Assembly: GCA_040954595.2 (NCBI GenBank)
Contig: CM082580.2
Coordinates: forward strand, 3,834,783 to 3,898,782
DNA length: 64,000 bases
Direction of reading: 5' to 3'
Source: Balanoglossus misakiensis
Lineage: Eukaryota; Animalia; Hemichordata
Each line of letters opens with the position of its first letter. The first letter of the stretch is position 1. The position numbers and the translations under genes are program-made. Below are positions 31,441 through 44,584 of this stretch, in pieces. Below the pieces are notes generated by a model. That model searched no databases. It saw nothing but the letters and a program-made list of their open reading frames with translations, and had not been told where the DNA came from.

Positions 31441-31989
31441 TCGTCGCGTACATGAAGCTTTTTACATGAAATGAAAGATAGAGAAATAAAATTGGAACAC
31501 AGAGACTACTAAAACACACACTTACCAATTAAAATAGAAATAGATCAAACGGTTCAACTTCGCAATGACAGCGTTCGCGGAATATACTTCCTCTCTTTCT
31601 GTAGTCTGTGCGATTGATTCATTCACGATAACCTTTGACCTTGTGGTTGAGGCCTTTTAACTCACCGATGGAGAACCAGAACATAATTCATACATGTAGA
31701 CCAGACAGATGCTGAACAATAAATAACGCCCTCCAGAAAGGCAATGTAAAACGTTTAATTCTTTTGATTTATAGGGGAAATCGCTTCGTTTGTAAATGTC
31801 TTTGCAGTTTAAGTTGGTATGCACGCATTTCGTATTCTTGCCTCTAGAGGGAGTGCATCCGCGGTCCGTTGGGATGGGATGGGTCCGATTCCGCATCGAA
31901 AGTCCGTGTAAGATAGGGGGGGGGTGTTGTGGAGGTTTGAGGATGCGGCAGATTTTAATACAACTTTAGGCTGAATCTGTTTCTTTCAA

Positions 31990-32672
31990 CCAAGGTTCTT
32001 AAATAGGCTTTTTCATGCATAGCCGAGGTCATGGAGGTTCTTACCGAAAAATCGAGGTTCTTACGTTTTACACCCTACAAAGTAAAAACTACTCAAGGTT
32101 TTAGCTGACAAAGTCTTGTTTTTAGTCGATGCGATGATAATTTCTCATTAAAATGAACAATTATCGTAACTTATCTCTCAGAAATCACCAAGGTTCTTAA
32201 ATAGGCATGTTCATGCATAGCCGAGGTTCTTACCGAAAATCGAGGTTCTTACGTTTTACACCCTACAAAGTCAAAACTCAAGGTTCTAGCTGACAAAGTC
32301 TTATTTTTAGTCGACGCGATGATAATTTCTCATTAGAAATTAATAATTATAATTTATCTCTCTGAAATCACCACGGTTCTTAAATATGCAGTTTCATCGG
32401 CATAGCCGAGGTTCTTACCGAAAAATCGAGGTTCTTGCGTTTTACAGCCTACAAAGTCAAAACAAGTCAGTATTCTAGCTTACAAAGTCTTATTTTTAGT
32501 CGATGCGATGATAATTTCTCATTAAAAACTAATAATTATCATAATTTATCTCTCTGAAATCACCACGGTTCTTAAATAGGTATTTTCATGCATAGCCGAG
32601 GTTCTTACCGAAAAATCGAGATTCTTACGTTTTACAGCCTACAAAGTCAAAATAAGTCAGTGTTCTAGCTGA
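31990..32672. repeat. Tandem repeat, ~190-bp unit, ~3.6 copies
   Basis: Unit 'ggttcttaaata..catagccgagg..ttcttaccgaaaa..ctacaaagt' recurs near 31990, 32189, 32372 and 32564. Confidence 0.9.
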
Positions 32673-34882
32673 CAATTACGCCACCTGCACCACCCTCCGC
32701 CATCCTCCCCGCGATGTGTGTTTCCACCGTGACCACCGCCACCACCACCTCTCCGCGATGCAGGGTTTCTTAGGTATACGGTCACCTATGCAAATTTACC
32801 ATGGTAAATTGGGATCTAACCTAGTATGGTTCAGACAGATATATTCTTACGGAGGTCCGAGAGTGAGACCTAACGATGAATACCAACCTAATTTTGGGTT
32901 GCTGTATCTAACATGGCCCCCTTTCGTGTACAATGAAGCCACCAACTGCAGGAGCGTTCACTGGGGCACACACAATGCCTGGAACACTGTTTGACCCGAT
33001 TGTGTTTCTTGTACCCCGGGCTCTGTGCCCATAAAGACCTGTATAGTCATGCTTTGCACTGGAACACACACCTACGTTATTAAACGCTCTGGTGAGACCA
33101 ACGACGTCACCTTGTTGATAAATCGCCTGCACGGTGTTCGGTACGCCACGATGGACACGGTTCCAATGCTTCGTGCCTGGAATGTTTAAATTCACCTGTG
33201 GAGTGTGGAGAAAGATGAACGTCAGATTTACTAGTAGTGTTGGCCATAAACGACTGAAATCACCGTCCTCGAAGAATCGAACTCCACTCCCTGCAAATGG
33301 ACGTGGTAAGTATATAAGATTTGCTTACAGTAGAACTAGGGAACTATTCCTTCAGGTTACTGAAAATTAAATATTATGTTCCTGTGGCGAATTCAGGTAT
33401 TAGCCTATCAAGTAACTGCGGTGCGTGTCACTGATGATAGAGTGGGAATAATTAAAACAACGTAAAATAGAGTACATACCTTAATTATGTTACGTGTATA
33501 AGTAGCACAAACTTTCTTCGAACTTTTTAACGTTGAACTTCTGAGAGTTTTATCATCACCACAGACCAAATATGGCACAGTAATCATCATTGTTTTTCGA
33601 AAGAAAGTGTTTTGTCATGTAAATTAGGTGCGAAGTGTGTGGGGTGACCGTGTATGAGGTCACAAGTCACCATGCGTATTGTTGTTGCAGGCTCGGCTTG
33701 GTCGTACACAGAAATTCCACGGAAATTTAAATATTTGCAGCCAGGTTGATGTCTGTGTTAGACATTCCTGGGAAGTTAAATGAACCGTGCAAACCCGTAC
33801 AAATGCCCGAACAAACTAACAGCCTTGTCCAACAGCCAGAAAATCAAACTGCAGACTCGAAATATTGCTAAACAAAGCAGAGCTGAGAAAACAACACAAT
33901 AACAAGGTGTGGTGGTGTTTTATTGTACTGTTGACCCTGGCTGGGTCAATGATTGTACCGCATCCACGAGGCAGTCATACAGGTCACACAGTAGTCATCG
34001 TTTTCAGATCAGTATACACATTCAACACCAGTGAATAGAAACTTTATACATGCACGGTTGTTGGTACAAAGACTTTCTGCTTTCAAGCAAGGGCTAGTAT
34101 TTTGTACATGTGTATGACACAATTAGCAGAAATATACGTGGTGTGTCACAATCCAGATTCCAGGTTTCACAGACATGATTTTGACTGTGTTTGGTGTAAA
34201 TAAGTCTTTTTAAATATGGTGTTTTAAATTAACACAAACTATAGCGCAACATTGCAATATCAAATTGTAATACAGTATTAACCTTTTTGAATGTACAAAC
34301 AATAATATTAAAAGCGTTCAGATTTCAAGTGAAATGTACCTTGACATAATAATGTTGGGTAGAGGTAGACTCTTTCAGAAAACCAGCACAAAATAAACAT
34401 CTCCTCAGCTTTGTGTATGCAACATTACAAAAGTTGCCACCAGCAATGTTTAACCTTTGACCCAGAAATGATTGTACGGTAGTCTGACCTGGAAAACTAG
34501 TCATACAATCAAGTAGTAAATGTACTTCTGTTCACAGAAAGGTGGCATATGAGGAAAACTGTGAATCTAATCATTATTTGTTATAATTAAACTGAATTAT
34601 CTCTGATTCAGTGAGAAATACATATTTAAGGTCTGCATGGGTAGGGTGTAACATTTTCTGGAAATGCACTCTGTAAATCTGTGGCGGAAAATTTGAAACA
34701 CATGTTCAATTGTAAATGAATATGTCGGCAGCTTTTCAAAACGCAAATTTCATCAAGCAGGCGTTAAAATAAAACAAACGTTTATAAGTGGAAAGTGCGA
34801 CTCGCATACAACAGAAATGACACACTACTAATTCGGATTTCATGTGCCAGTTTCTTTATTTTTCTTTTTTTTAGAATTCAAA

Positions 34883-36950
34883 ATGCTTCATTGGGGCGTG
34901 GTGTGCGATGACAAAGTAGCTTTAAGTAAACATGTACTACAGGCTTTGGTAAGCTGCCCTCGAAGTAAATTACTGGCTATTGCCTGTACAAATACTGCTG
35001 CCGTGCAAGGATTAGCCGATGAGCTAGAGGTCAAGAAGATCCACGGTTGCTATGATGACCTGTTTGCAGATAAGGACATCGATGGGGTTTACATCGCTGT
35101 CACAAATTCCATGCATGCCGAAGTTACAAAGAGGGCGGCCAGAAAGGGTAAACACTGCCTTGTTGAGAAACCAATAGCAACAAAGGTAAGTTGACTCACG
35201 ACATTTGATGAGGGCTCGGCGGTTAAAACAATCCATAACAATGTCTTGTTCATTATAACCATTTGATTACCACCACCACCATGCATTGGTAGAGTCTATA
35301 GTTTTTATGATTGTCATTTTGTGTTAATCTCGTTTGTTACTATCGTTTTCAATTGAAGAACTGAATTGTTTCTCAGTTTGATTTAAGCTTATAATTTAGT
35401 TGCGAAGTAAACTTTTATTGAATCATGTTTTGAAATTTGATGTAAAATTCAGCGCGTACATTTTATTCTGTCAAGAAGTTGGTATTTTGACATTTATGTT
35501 TTCGCAGGCCTCAGATGTGACGGAGCTAGAATTGCTATCAAAAGATTTCAATCTAATCATATCAGAAGGATATGCACATCTTTATCACCCACAGTACCAT
35601 GCAATCAAACAAGAAATCCAATCCGGTACAGTGTACTGTGTTATTATAAATCAATACTTGTATGAAGAGAGTGTAAAACTCACTTTTGACTGCAACTTAT
35701 GATAGATCACGAAAAATAACAATCCAATTGGGGTGTTATGGTCGAATAAGTTTCGGCATTGCTTGACCACTCACAGATTCGAAATGCAAACCAGACCCTT
35801 TCGTAACTTTATTGAGCTTTCGCCCAATATAGGATTACGTTGATATTGCTAGAAAACTCACTTCTACTATTGTCATTTTCACGAAATTTTCCACAAAAAT
35901 CCACGATTCAAAGAAATGTCAATTCTTTTATACATCCTTAAGAAACTGTCAATAATTGGAGTTGATCTCCATTTGATGTATACATGCAGGTTGTATTGGT
36001 GACGTCAGTCACATGTACGGACATTTTGATTTCCACACCAACAATCACGCCCTCGCCGTCAGGGAAGGAGAGAGTTGTGACATCGGAGCGATATGGAATA
36101 TTGGATGCTATCCTATAAGTATGATGGTGGGAATCATGGAGACATGTCCACTACAAGTCTCAGCAGTGAAGCAAAAAGGTCAAAGGTAACTATGATGTGA
36201 CGATGGTGCTGTTCTTTTGCAATGATTGAGCGAGTATTATCTTGTTCCTGAGACCAGGTGAACTTAGATAGATCAATTTCATGTTCGTGACCAGGTGTTA
36301 AAGGGACAAAGACTTGCCGAAATGAATAATCAGCGAAATAAACCGGCCGTAATGTGCGTAATACAAAAATATGATTAAAAATACTGATTTATTTAAATTT
36401 ACGGCTAATTTTATTCCTGCGTAACTGCAGCAGAAGAAAGTTGATACGGCAAAGTATACGGATATTTATTTCGGTACACACTGGCAGGCCATATAAGATT
36501 TATACTGACCATCTATATTTCTGTGCCAGGGATGAAGATGTGAAGATGGTTGGTTGGATGAAATTTGATGACGACGTGACTGCCTGTATCTCTACAAGCA
36601 CCAACTGCCCAACAAACACCTATTTCGAAATTGTTGGAACAAAGGGAAGGATACGCCTCCATAAGGATTGGTGTTTCCATCCAGACAGCTGGAACAGAAC
36701 AAACTCTTTTGAACTGATCATGGAAGGCGAGCCACCGAGAGAAGTGACGGTTCTCAGTCAGAATGTGTTCCGGGGTCAGATATTGGCCTTTGAGGCTTCC
36801 GTCCTGGACAACAAACCGGCAGTTGTACCTCTGTCTTTAAGTAAACAAATCGTGGCCACGTTGGAAGCACTGTGTACGTCAGCAGATACGTATGGCCTCC
36901 CTGTGGCACCGTCCAGCTCAACTTTAGGCAGACTCCAAGACAATCTGTGA
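34883..36950 (+). CDS. Gfo/Idh/MocA-family oxidoreductase (DHDH-like)
   Basis: Exons 34883-35185, 35508-35625, 35990-36185, 36530-36950 in frame; motifs YDDLFADKDIDGVYIA, GKHCLVEKPIA, GAIWNIGCYPIS, FEIVGTKGRI. Confidence 0.88.
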
Positions 36951-37796
36951 AACATAAACCGTGTATGTAATTTCTAGTGATACAATGTAACATTACATTT
37001 CACTTAGTCTGTTTTTATGATCACTAACTGATATTTTCATGGGCGCAATTTTGTATGTGAAAGAGATAAAGTAGTACCATAAAAAGGGAAAAGTGTTGTC
37101 ATCAGTTAACCTGTTTCTTTTTTTGTCTTGATCACCTATGTTGTCTTTTGTTATCTTTATTTCATCGATGTCTTCACTGCGCATGTATTATATGACGTCA
37201 TCACCAATCCCATCAAGAGCATCAGTAATTTTCAGGCGGAGACAAACCCCTTCAAATTCCACTTTAATTTAAAATAAGAGAGAATACTTTTTGAATCTAT
37301 CCGGGTTTTGGGGGGGTCCAAATATATATTTCCAGAACCCCAAAAGTATTCACAGCAGCTGGAAAACAGATTTTTACAGCAACCGGGATTTCCGAAACTT
37401 GTTTCCGAAATTTACCTGCTGTCACGCCCTCTATCTGCAAGACTTGACCTGTTTAGTGAAAACACGTACTCGGATACGTTGTGCAGTTTCTCATTGAAAT
37501 TCCGAGTATTTTTTGGCTTCCGTCATACATTTTCTGTTTAGATTCCGAGTAATGGTGCCCTTTGTTAAGGGGCCATTTTGAGACATCGTCTTTCTGAAAC
37601 AGCGACCCTAATACCACAATATGTACTCTTGCCACGCCCTTTAGTTCTGCAAGACTTGACCCGTTTAGTGAATACACTAGACTTGCTCCAAGTCTGTGGG
37701 CTTCATTATTTCATAATAAATACATTTAAAAAACTTGTTTCGAATTCCTCTATGTACCGTGTGTGGAGTAAATGTCACCGAGTGTGAGCGCGTATA

Positions 37797-40700
37797 TGGA
37801 ACGCCGTAACTGTCTTATATGATTACAGGAAATATTGTCTTCCGCATTTATAGTACATGATAGGCATTGCAGTTAAATTATATGCATTTGTTAATATTGC
37901 CAACTATTTTGTCTCTTTATTCAAGCCATTTAGTTTACCATCCTAGCCATTTGTCATACTATTATAGCCAAACATTGTGATTTCTAATCCTCTTCTCCGT
38001 TTATACTAGTTATTTACCATATTACGTTAGGCATTTGTCATATTACGGGAGACATTTTGTGTATTGTATTACGCAATTGGTATGCAATTATTGGCATTTT
38101 ACAGTCTTTTATTACTTTATGTTAGTTATTTGGTATATCCTGTTTGACATTGCAGTTGAATTATGTGCATTTAGCGTACCATCCTAGCTATTTGCCATAA
38201 TGTTAAACTCTTGTTAGGTTAATACTGGTAATTTAATAAATTATTTAAGACATTTGTTACATTATTTTGGGCATATATGATAATCTTTCACTCTTTTCTT
38301 AGTTTTTGCAGGTTATCTTGTTAACCTGGTTAGGCATTTGTCTTATTATTTAAGGCATCTATGATTAATTTTAATTCCTTTGCCAGTTTGTGCTAGTTAT
38401 TTTGTAGATCTATCTAGACAAATGTCAGATTATCTTACGCATTTTTACAATGTTTATGCTTTCGCCGTTTTGTCATAGCCATTCACTTCGTTGTGGTAGA
38501 CAATGTTGGGCCCATTAGTGAGGGCGCTGCTCCAGTGGTAGTCTTCTGGCGTATCGTCATAGGCAATTTGTACATCATGCAAGGCATTTTCGTTATTGTA
38601 GGCATTTGTGCTGGCGTATCGTCATAGGCAATTTGTACATCATGCAAGGCATTTTCGTTATTGTAGGCATTTGTGAGGGCGCTGCTCCAGTGGTAGTCTT
38701 CTGGCGTATCGTCATAGGCAATTTGTACATCATGCAAGGCATTTTCGTTATTGTAGGCATTTGTGCTGGCGTATCGTCATAGGCAATTTGTACATCATGC
38801 AAGGCATTTTCGTTATTGTAGGCATTTGTGCGGGCGCTGTTCGGCAATCCCAATGAATCATGGGAAATAAAGCGGGGTCACGGGGTCATTCGTGCCAAAA
38901 CTCTGCAAAGCGTGAGTGGTGTTCTATGGCAGTGCATTCGTATCAGGGCAAGTTTCAACATAGCGCTGGGTCACGATACGCATTTTTCTACAAACAATCA
39001 CGTAAAAAGCAATAACATAAACACAGCTATATCGACTGTAACTTATTTTTTCGGAATATCTATAAATTTTGAAGTCCACAAGGGGGGGGGGGTCATTGGT
39101 TTTTTTTAAACGTTTAGGGGGGTGGGGTCACATACTTTTGCCACCGAACTTTTGCTTTAGAGTCCACAAAATTGCAGTTTCGCACCCTTTATTTTACAAA
39201 ATTTTCTCATGTGGGAGGTGGACACCCCCTCCCACACCCACCCCCTTCATTCTCCGCCACATTTCATTTTGGGCTGGTTTGTCTAGTGTACCAGGGAAGA
39301 TTTCTTGCCACCCCACCCCCGATGCTTACTTTGAGTGGAGTGGCAAAATTAAAATTTGTCCTCCCTAACATTTAGTTAATTTGTTTTTGAGTTCATTAAA
39401 TTGCAACTTTGAGCACCGTATTTTACAAAAAAGCAGTCCCCCTCCCACACCCACCCCCATCACTTTTCTTGTTTTACCGATTCCAGCAACTATTTTATTG
39501 ACTTGTCATTTTAATTTGTTCATGGATTTCTTTATTGCAACGATATACTATTATATACTTCAATAATACTTTAAGAAATTTATAATTGAGGTGTGAGGAG
39601 CCTCATTCCCTTTATTGCATACAGTGTACATAGGATCAGGACGGCGAATGTTTTGGGCGTGGGGGGGGGGAGGTCATCATATTTTTGGGTCTGTCAAAGG
39701 GGGGGGTCATCATTTTTTGGTCCTGGGTGAAGGGGGGGTCGGCCTGATTTTGAGAACCGATGACACAAACTTGCCAGCCCCCCCCCCCCCTGCCGTAAAA
39801 ACTGAACGGTCCCTTAGCTACTAGTACAACAATTAACGTATTGATTGTAGGACATGTAAGGCCTAGGTCGTATACTCCGTTTTTAAGAAGACCAATTTTT
39901 AAAAGTATTACAATATTCATGAAAAGTATTTCGCTTGACTTGGAGCCCTAATCCGCCGTTTGACGGTGTGAACAATGCAGCAGACTGAGCAGCGGAGCCG
40001 CCGTCGGGGTTCTCCGTGGCTCCGGTGCAGTGCAAGGCCGAGTTCTCTTGTGGCTGGGGTATATATTTCAATGAAATTGATATACATCAGTTTGTAATGA
40101 CCAATCATCTTGACAAAAAATTATTTCCTTCGAAAGTCACATTTATTTATAAATAAACAGCTTAGGGAAATGTGCATGCCCACTGCGTTGCGACACTTTG
40201 AACAACGAACAGCACAACAAGATGACGAAAAACACATTTCGCTGTGAGATAAGGATGATATTCCGAAAAAATAAGTTATAGTCGATATAGCTGTGTTTAT
40301 GTTATTGCTTTTTACGTGATTGTTTGTAGAAAAATGCGTATCGTGACCCAGCGCTATGTTGAAACTTGCCCTGATACGAATGCACTGCCATAGAACACCA
40401 CTCACGCTTTGCAGAGTTTTGGCACGAATTACCCCGTGACCCCGCTTTATTTCCCATGCTTCATTGGGATTGCCGAACAGCGCCCGCACAAATGCCTACT
40501 ATAACGAAAATGCCTTGCATGATGTACAAATTGCCTATGACGATACGCCAGCACAAATGCCTACAATAACGAAAATGCCTTGCATGATGTATAAATTGCC
40601 TATGACGATACGCCAGAAGACTACCACTGGAGCAGCGCCCTCACTAATGGGCCCAACATTGTCTACCACAACGAAGTGAATGGCTATGACAAAACGGCGA

Positions 40701-41375
40701 AAGCATAAACATTGTAAAAATGCGTAAGATAATCTGACATTTGTCTAGATAGATCTACAAAATAACTAGCACAAACTGGCAAAGGAATTAAAATTAATCA
40801 TAGATGCCTTAAATAATAAGACAAATGCCTAACCAAGTTAACAAGATAACTTGCAAAAACTAAGAAAAGAGTGAAAGATTATAATATATGCCCAAAATAA
40901 TGTAACAAATGTCTTAAATAATTTATTAAATTACCAGTATTAACCTAACAAGAGTTTAACATTATGGCAAATAGCTAGGATGGTACGCTAAATGCACATA
41001 ATTCAACTGCAATGCCAAACAGGATATACCAAATAACTAACATAAAGTAATAAAAGACTACGCATTATGAAAAAATGCCAATAATTGCATACCAAATGCG
41101 TAATACAATACACACAATGAATAACGTAATATGACAAATGCCTAACGTAATATGGTAAATAACTAGTATAAACGGAGAAGAGGATTAGAAATCACAATGT
41201 TTGGCTATAATAGTATGACAAATGGCTAGGATGGTAAACTAAATGGCTTGAATAAAGTGACAAAATAGTTGGCAATATTAACAAATGCATATAATTTAAC
41301 TGCAATGCCTAGCATGTACTATAAATGCGGAAGACAATATTTCCTGTAATCATATAAGACAGTTACGGCGTTCCA
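37797..41375. mobile_element. Foldback-type non-autonomous element with ~1.1-1.3 kb inverted arms
   Basis: Left arm 37797-39060 is the reverse complement of right arm 40257-41375 (tggaacgccgtaac / gttacggcgttcca), flanked by TA. Arms carry internal tandem repeats that differ in copy number; 1.2-kb non-coding spacer; absent at the equivalent site upstream of TRIM copy 3. Confidence 0.85.
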
Positions 41376-41807
41376 TAGGAACGCGTAGGCCCATTGGTCG
41401 ACGCTAACCGAAACCGTGAGCCCAGTCCAAAATTCGAAACTAAACTCACTACTAGAAACACGCTCAAAGCAAGCATGCACGCAAAAGGTTTTGAAATTAT
41501 TTATTAAGACCAAAAAAACACCGCAAACACAAGCAAGTATTGAGATTCAAAAATCACCAAGCGACTAGTGGGCTAGTCTACGAATACACGTACATTGTAT
41601 ACTCGGTTACTTTGTACTTTATCTTTTTAGATTCCGAGTAGTGGAGCCGTTTGTTAATTAACGGGTCATTTTGATGCACGTGATACGGTTTCTTTTTAGA
41701 TTCCAAGTATTGGTGTAGGCCTACGTGTGCATATAGTTCCGTCAAGGGGTCATTTGGAGGACAGACGTGTAGGCCTATAGGCGTCATTGTTTGCCGTACA
41801 GCACAAA

Positions 41808-44102
41808 ATGGCGGAAGGCGTTTCGAAGCATCTGGACGGAATCGACGAGAATTTTCTCGTCTGTGGCATTTGTTCCGAGAGATACACGGATGCCAAAAAT
41901 CTGACCTGTCTACACAGCTTCTGCCAGGAGTGTCTCGGTAAGCTGGTGGAGAAAACGGGTAAATTGGAATGTCCGATCTGTCGTCGACCACACGAGATCC
42001 CGGCTGGGGGAGTGGCCTGCCTGCCCGCGAATTTCTTCGCGAATGATTTGGTCGAACAGTTCAGAAAGCGTGAAGAGAAGTCGAGAGGAGCGAGAAAATG
42101 TGAAGGGTGTGAGGAATCAGACAGTGCAATGGTGTGTGTCGAGTGCGCCATGGAGCTCTGTAAAACGTGTACACGGACACATAGAAGAGTAGCCATGACG
42201 AAGTCCCATCACCTGATGTCCCTGGACGAATACCACAGTACAAAGTTGAACGACCCGGCCAAAGTACAGCCACCCATGCACTGCATCCGTCACGAAGCCA
42301 ACCACCTGAAATTTTACTGCGATACGTGCGAGTCCGCCATATGCCTGGAATGCACGGCTGTCGACCATCCTCGTCCTGGGCACAAATATCGTTACTTGGA
42401 AGACGCCGCGGTCGGCTACAAAAAGGACTTGACCGAGATTGCAGGGAAGCTGAGATCGAAAGAGACAGAAGCACGCGACATCAGAAATCAAGTCGAGCAG
42501 ACGTCGCGCTCCCTGCTTGACCGTTATCGCACCGAAGAAAAGAAAGTGAAAGAGCACACGGAAAAGACGATAGAAGACGCTACAGCCCGAATCAGAGAAA
42601 GTGGCGAGAAGATTGCAACGGAACTGAAAGAGGTGTACGACAGCAGAAACACCAACTTGCAGGCACAACTGAAGGAACTGGAAGGTACCGAAAGTGACCT
42701 GACCTATGCCAGGGAACTTGCAGAGAACTTAATGCAATACGGCAACGCGGCACAGTTGATGTCGGCGAAGAAAGGCATGACGTCACAGATGCAAGAACTG
42801 ATGACGGTGGATATGAAAAGCGAACCCGTGGAAGATGACTTCATCGAGTTTCGGCCATTTGAGAACTTCTTCAAAGACCAACGCCTCGGTGTGTTGATCA
42901 CCGATAATGTCAAATACGAACTCGGTGAGGTTCCGGAAACTGTGAGAGTCGGGGACGAGATCCGCCTCGGTGTGTTGATCACCGACAACGTCAAATACGA
43001 ACTCGGTGAGGTTCCGGAAACTGTGAGAGTCGGGGATGAGATCCGCGTTACCGTGAAGAGAAACGCTAAATGTTCACCTGACGGTAAACTTGGCGCCATT
43101 AAAGCTGTTATCAAGGCACCAGACGACAGAACTGCAAATATGATGCAAACAGAGAATAAAGATGGAAGTTTCACGCTGACAAGTGAAGGTAAACTGGAAG
43201 GGCGGTATGAAATATCAGTGTCGGTTGAAGAGACACCTGTGGATGGCACGCCGATCAGAGTTACAGCGATTCCACAGAAGGGTTTAATCAGAACGATCGG
43301 GGAGAGAGGAAGAGGCGATGGGCAGCTGATTGGTCCGTGGGGCGTTACGATGACAAGGGATCGCCACGTGATCGTGTGTGACTCCGATAACCACCGATTG
43401 CAGGAATTCTCTGTGTACGGCCAGCATCGTAGAACTATACAATTCACCAACATTAACAAAACGGTGAAACCAGGATTTGCATGCGTGGCAGATGACGGCA
43501 CCGTATTTGTCACGGATTGTGTGAATAAACGTGTGGTTGTCTGTGATGAAGATGGCAAAGTTATCAGATGTTTCGGCAAGGGAGACCTGAGTCTTCCTCA
43601 TGGTATCGTGATTAATCCCATCAATGGAAGAGTCTATGTGCTTGATTGTATTTCCTGCAATGTGAAGATATACAACCAAGACGGGAAGTTGCTGAAATCA
43701 TTCGGAGGTAAAGGGTCAGGACCAGGTCAGTTGAAAAAACCATATGGCTTGAACGCAGACAAGGAAGGCAACATCCTGATCCCAGACACTGACAACCACC
43801 GCGTACAGGTATTCAATGCCGATGGAGAGTATCAACACTCCTTCGGCACAAAAGGCAGTGGCGATGGACAGCTGAACAGACCGGAGGATGTGGTGCAAGA
43901 CAGAGATGGAAATCTCATTGTAAGCGAGTTTAATAATAAGAGAGTTCAGAAATTTGACATCAACGGCAAATTTCTATACCGAGTGGACAAACAGGAAGAT
44001 TCTCTGTCAGGCCCAATAGGACTGTGTTTCATCAACGACGGGTTGTTTGGCAGAATTCTGGTCGTAGACTGCAACGACTGCATCAAAGTTTTCGCGGACT
44101 AA
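41808..44102 (+). CDS. TRIM-NHL protein (TRIM2/3/71-like: RING, 2 B-boxes, coiled coil, filamin, NHL propeller), copy 1
   Basis: Intronless 764-aa ORF from ATG 41808; C3HC4 RING CGIC..CLHSFC..CPIC, B-boxes, filamin-like segment, six NHL repeats; 27-aa internal duplication. Confidence 0.93.
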   Translation: MAEGVSKHLDGIDENFLVCGICSERYTDAKNLTCLHSFCQECLGKLVEKTGKLECPICRRPHEIPAGGVACLPANFFANDLVEQFRKREEKSRGARKCEGCEESDSAMVCVECAMELCKTCTRTHRRVAMTKSHHLMSLDEYHSTKLNDPAKVQPPMHCIRHEANHLKFYCDTCESAICLECTAVDHPRPGHKYRYLEDAAVGYKKDLTEIAGKLRSKETEARDIRNQVEQTSRSLLDRYRTEEKKVKEHTEKTIEDATARIRESGEKIATELKEVYDSRNTNLQAQLKELEGTESDLTYARELAENLMQYGNAAQLMSAKKGMTSQMQELMTVDMKSEPVEDDFIEFRPFENFFKDQRLGVLITDNVKYELGEVPETVRVGDEIRLGVLITDNVKYELGEVPETVRVGDEIRVTVKRNAKCSPDGKLGAIKAVIKAPDDRTANMMQTENKDGSFTLTSEGKLEGRYEISVSVEETPVDGTPIRVTAIPQKGLIRTIGERGRGDGQLIGPWGVTMTRDRHVIVCDSDNHRLQEFSVYGQHRRTIQFTNINKTVKPGFACVADDGTVFVTDCVNKRVVVCDEDGKVIRCFGKGDLSLPHGIVINPINGRVYVLDCISCNVKIYNQDGKLLKSFGGKGSGPGQLKKPYGLNADKEGNILIPDTDNHRVQVFNADGEYQHSFGTKGSGDGQLNRPEDVVQDRDGNLIVSEFNNKRVQKFDINGKFLYRVDKQEDSLSGPIGLCFINDGLFGRILVVDCNDCIKVFAD

Positions 44103-44584
44103 CCAACTTGAAAAGCACGTCACCAGGGAAACGGAAGGAAGGAGAATCACGGCGGCTAACAAAACAAAAATATCAGCGGCCTGACGTCACCTGTTTGTGG
44201 TCGACAACGATAATCTCACTGAAAACGTAGGAGCAGACATGCAAATTCGATATTGTTTCCATGACGTCTGACATAAGGCAGACTCCAAGACAATCTCAGT
44301 GTACGTGTATGTATTTTATAGTGATACAACGTAACCCTACATTTCACTCAGTCTGTTTTTTATGATCACTAACTGATATTTTCATTGGCGCAATTTTGTA
44401 TGTGAAAGAGATAAAGTGGATTTTTAATGTATATCAGCTCTATTTCATGTGAACCGTTGTCCAACAGAACGACATTTACACAGATACCGCCTTATATGCA
44501 GAACTTTGATATTTAATCTAGTAGTGCCATAAATAGAAAACGTGTTGTCATCAATTAACCTGTTTCTATTTTGGTCTCTCTCAC

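Noticed and set aside
32908-33290. ~128-codon minus-strand open frame after an acceptor-like site upstream of FDPS
   Set aside because: No recognisable homology or partner exons; cannot be supported without a search.
38483-38853. Regularly repeated 66/81-bp units resembling a CRISPR array or repeat protein
   Set aside because: Units are identical with no unique spacers, there are no cas genes, and they are internal to the foldback arms.
42704-43579. Long antisense ORFs over the TRIM genes (also in copies 2 and 3)
   Set aside because: Shadow frames; lengths differ among paralogs and no domains are recognisable.
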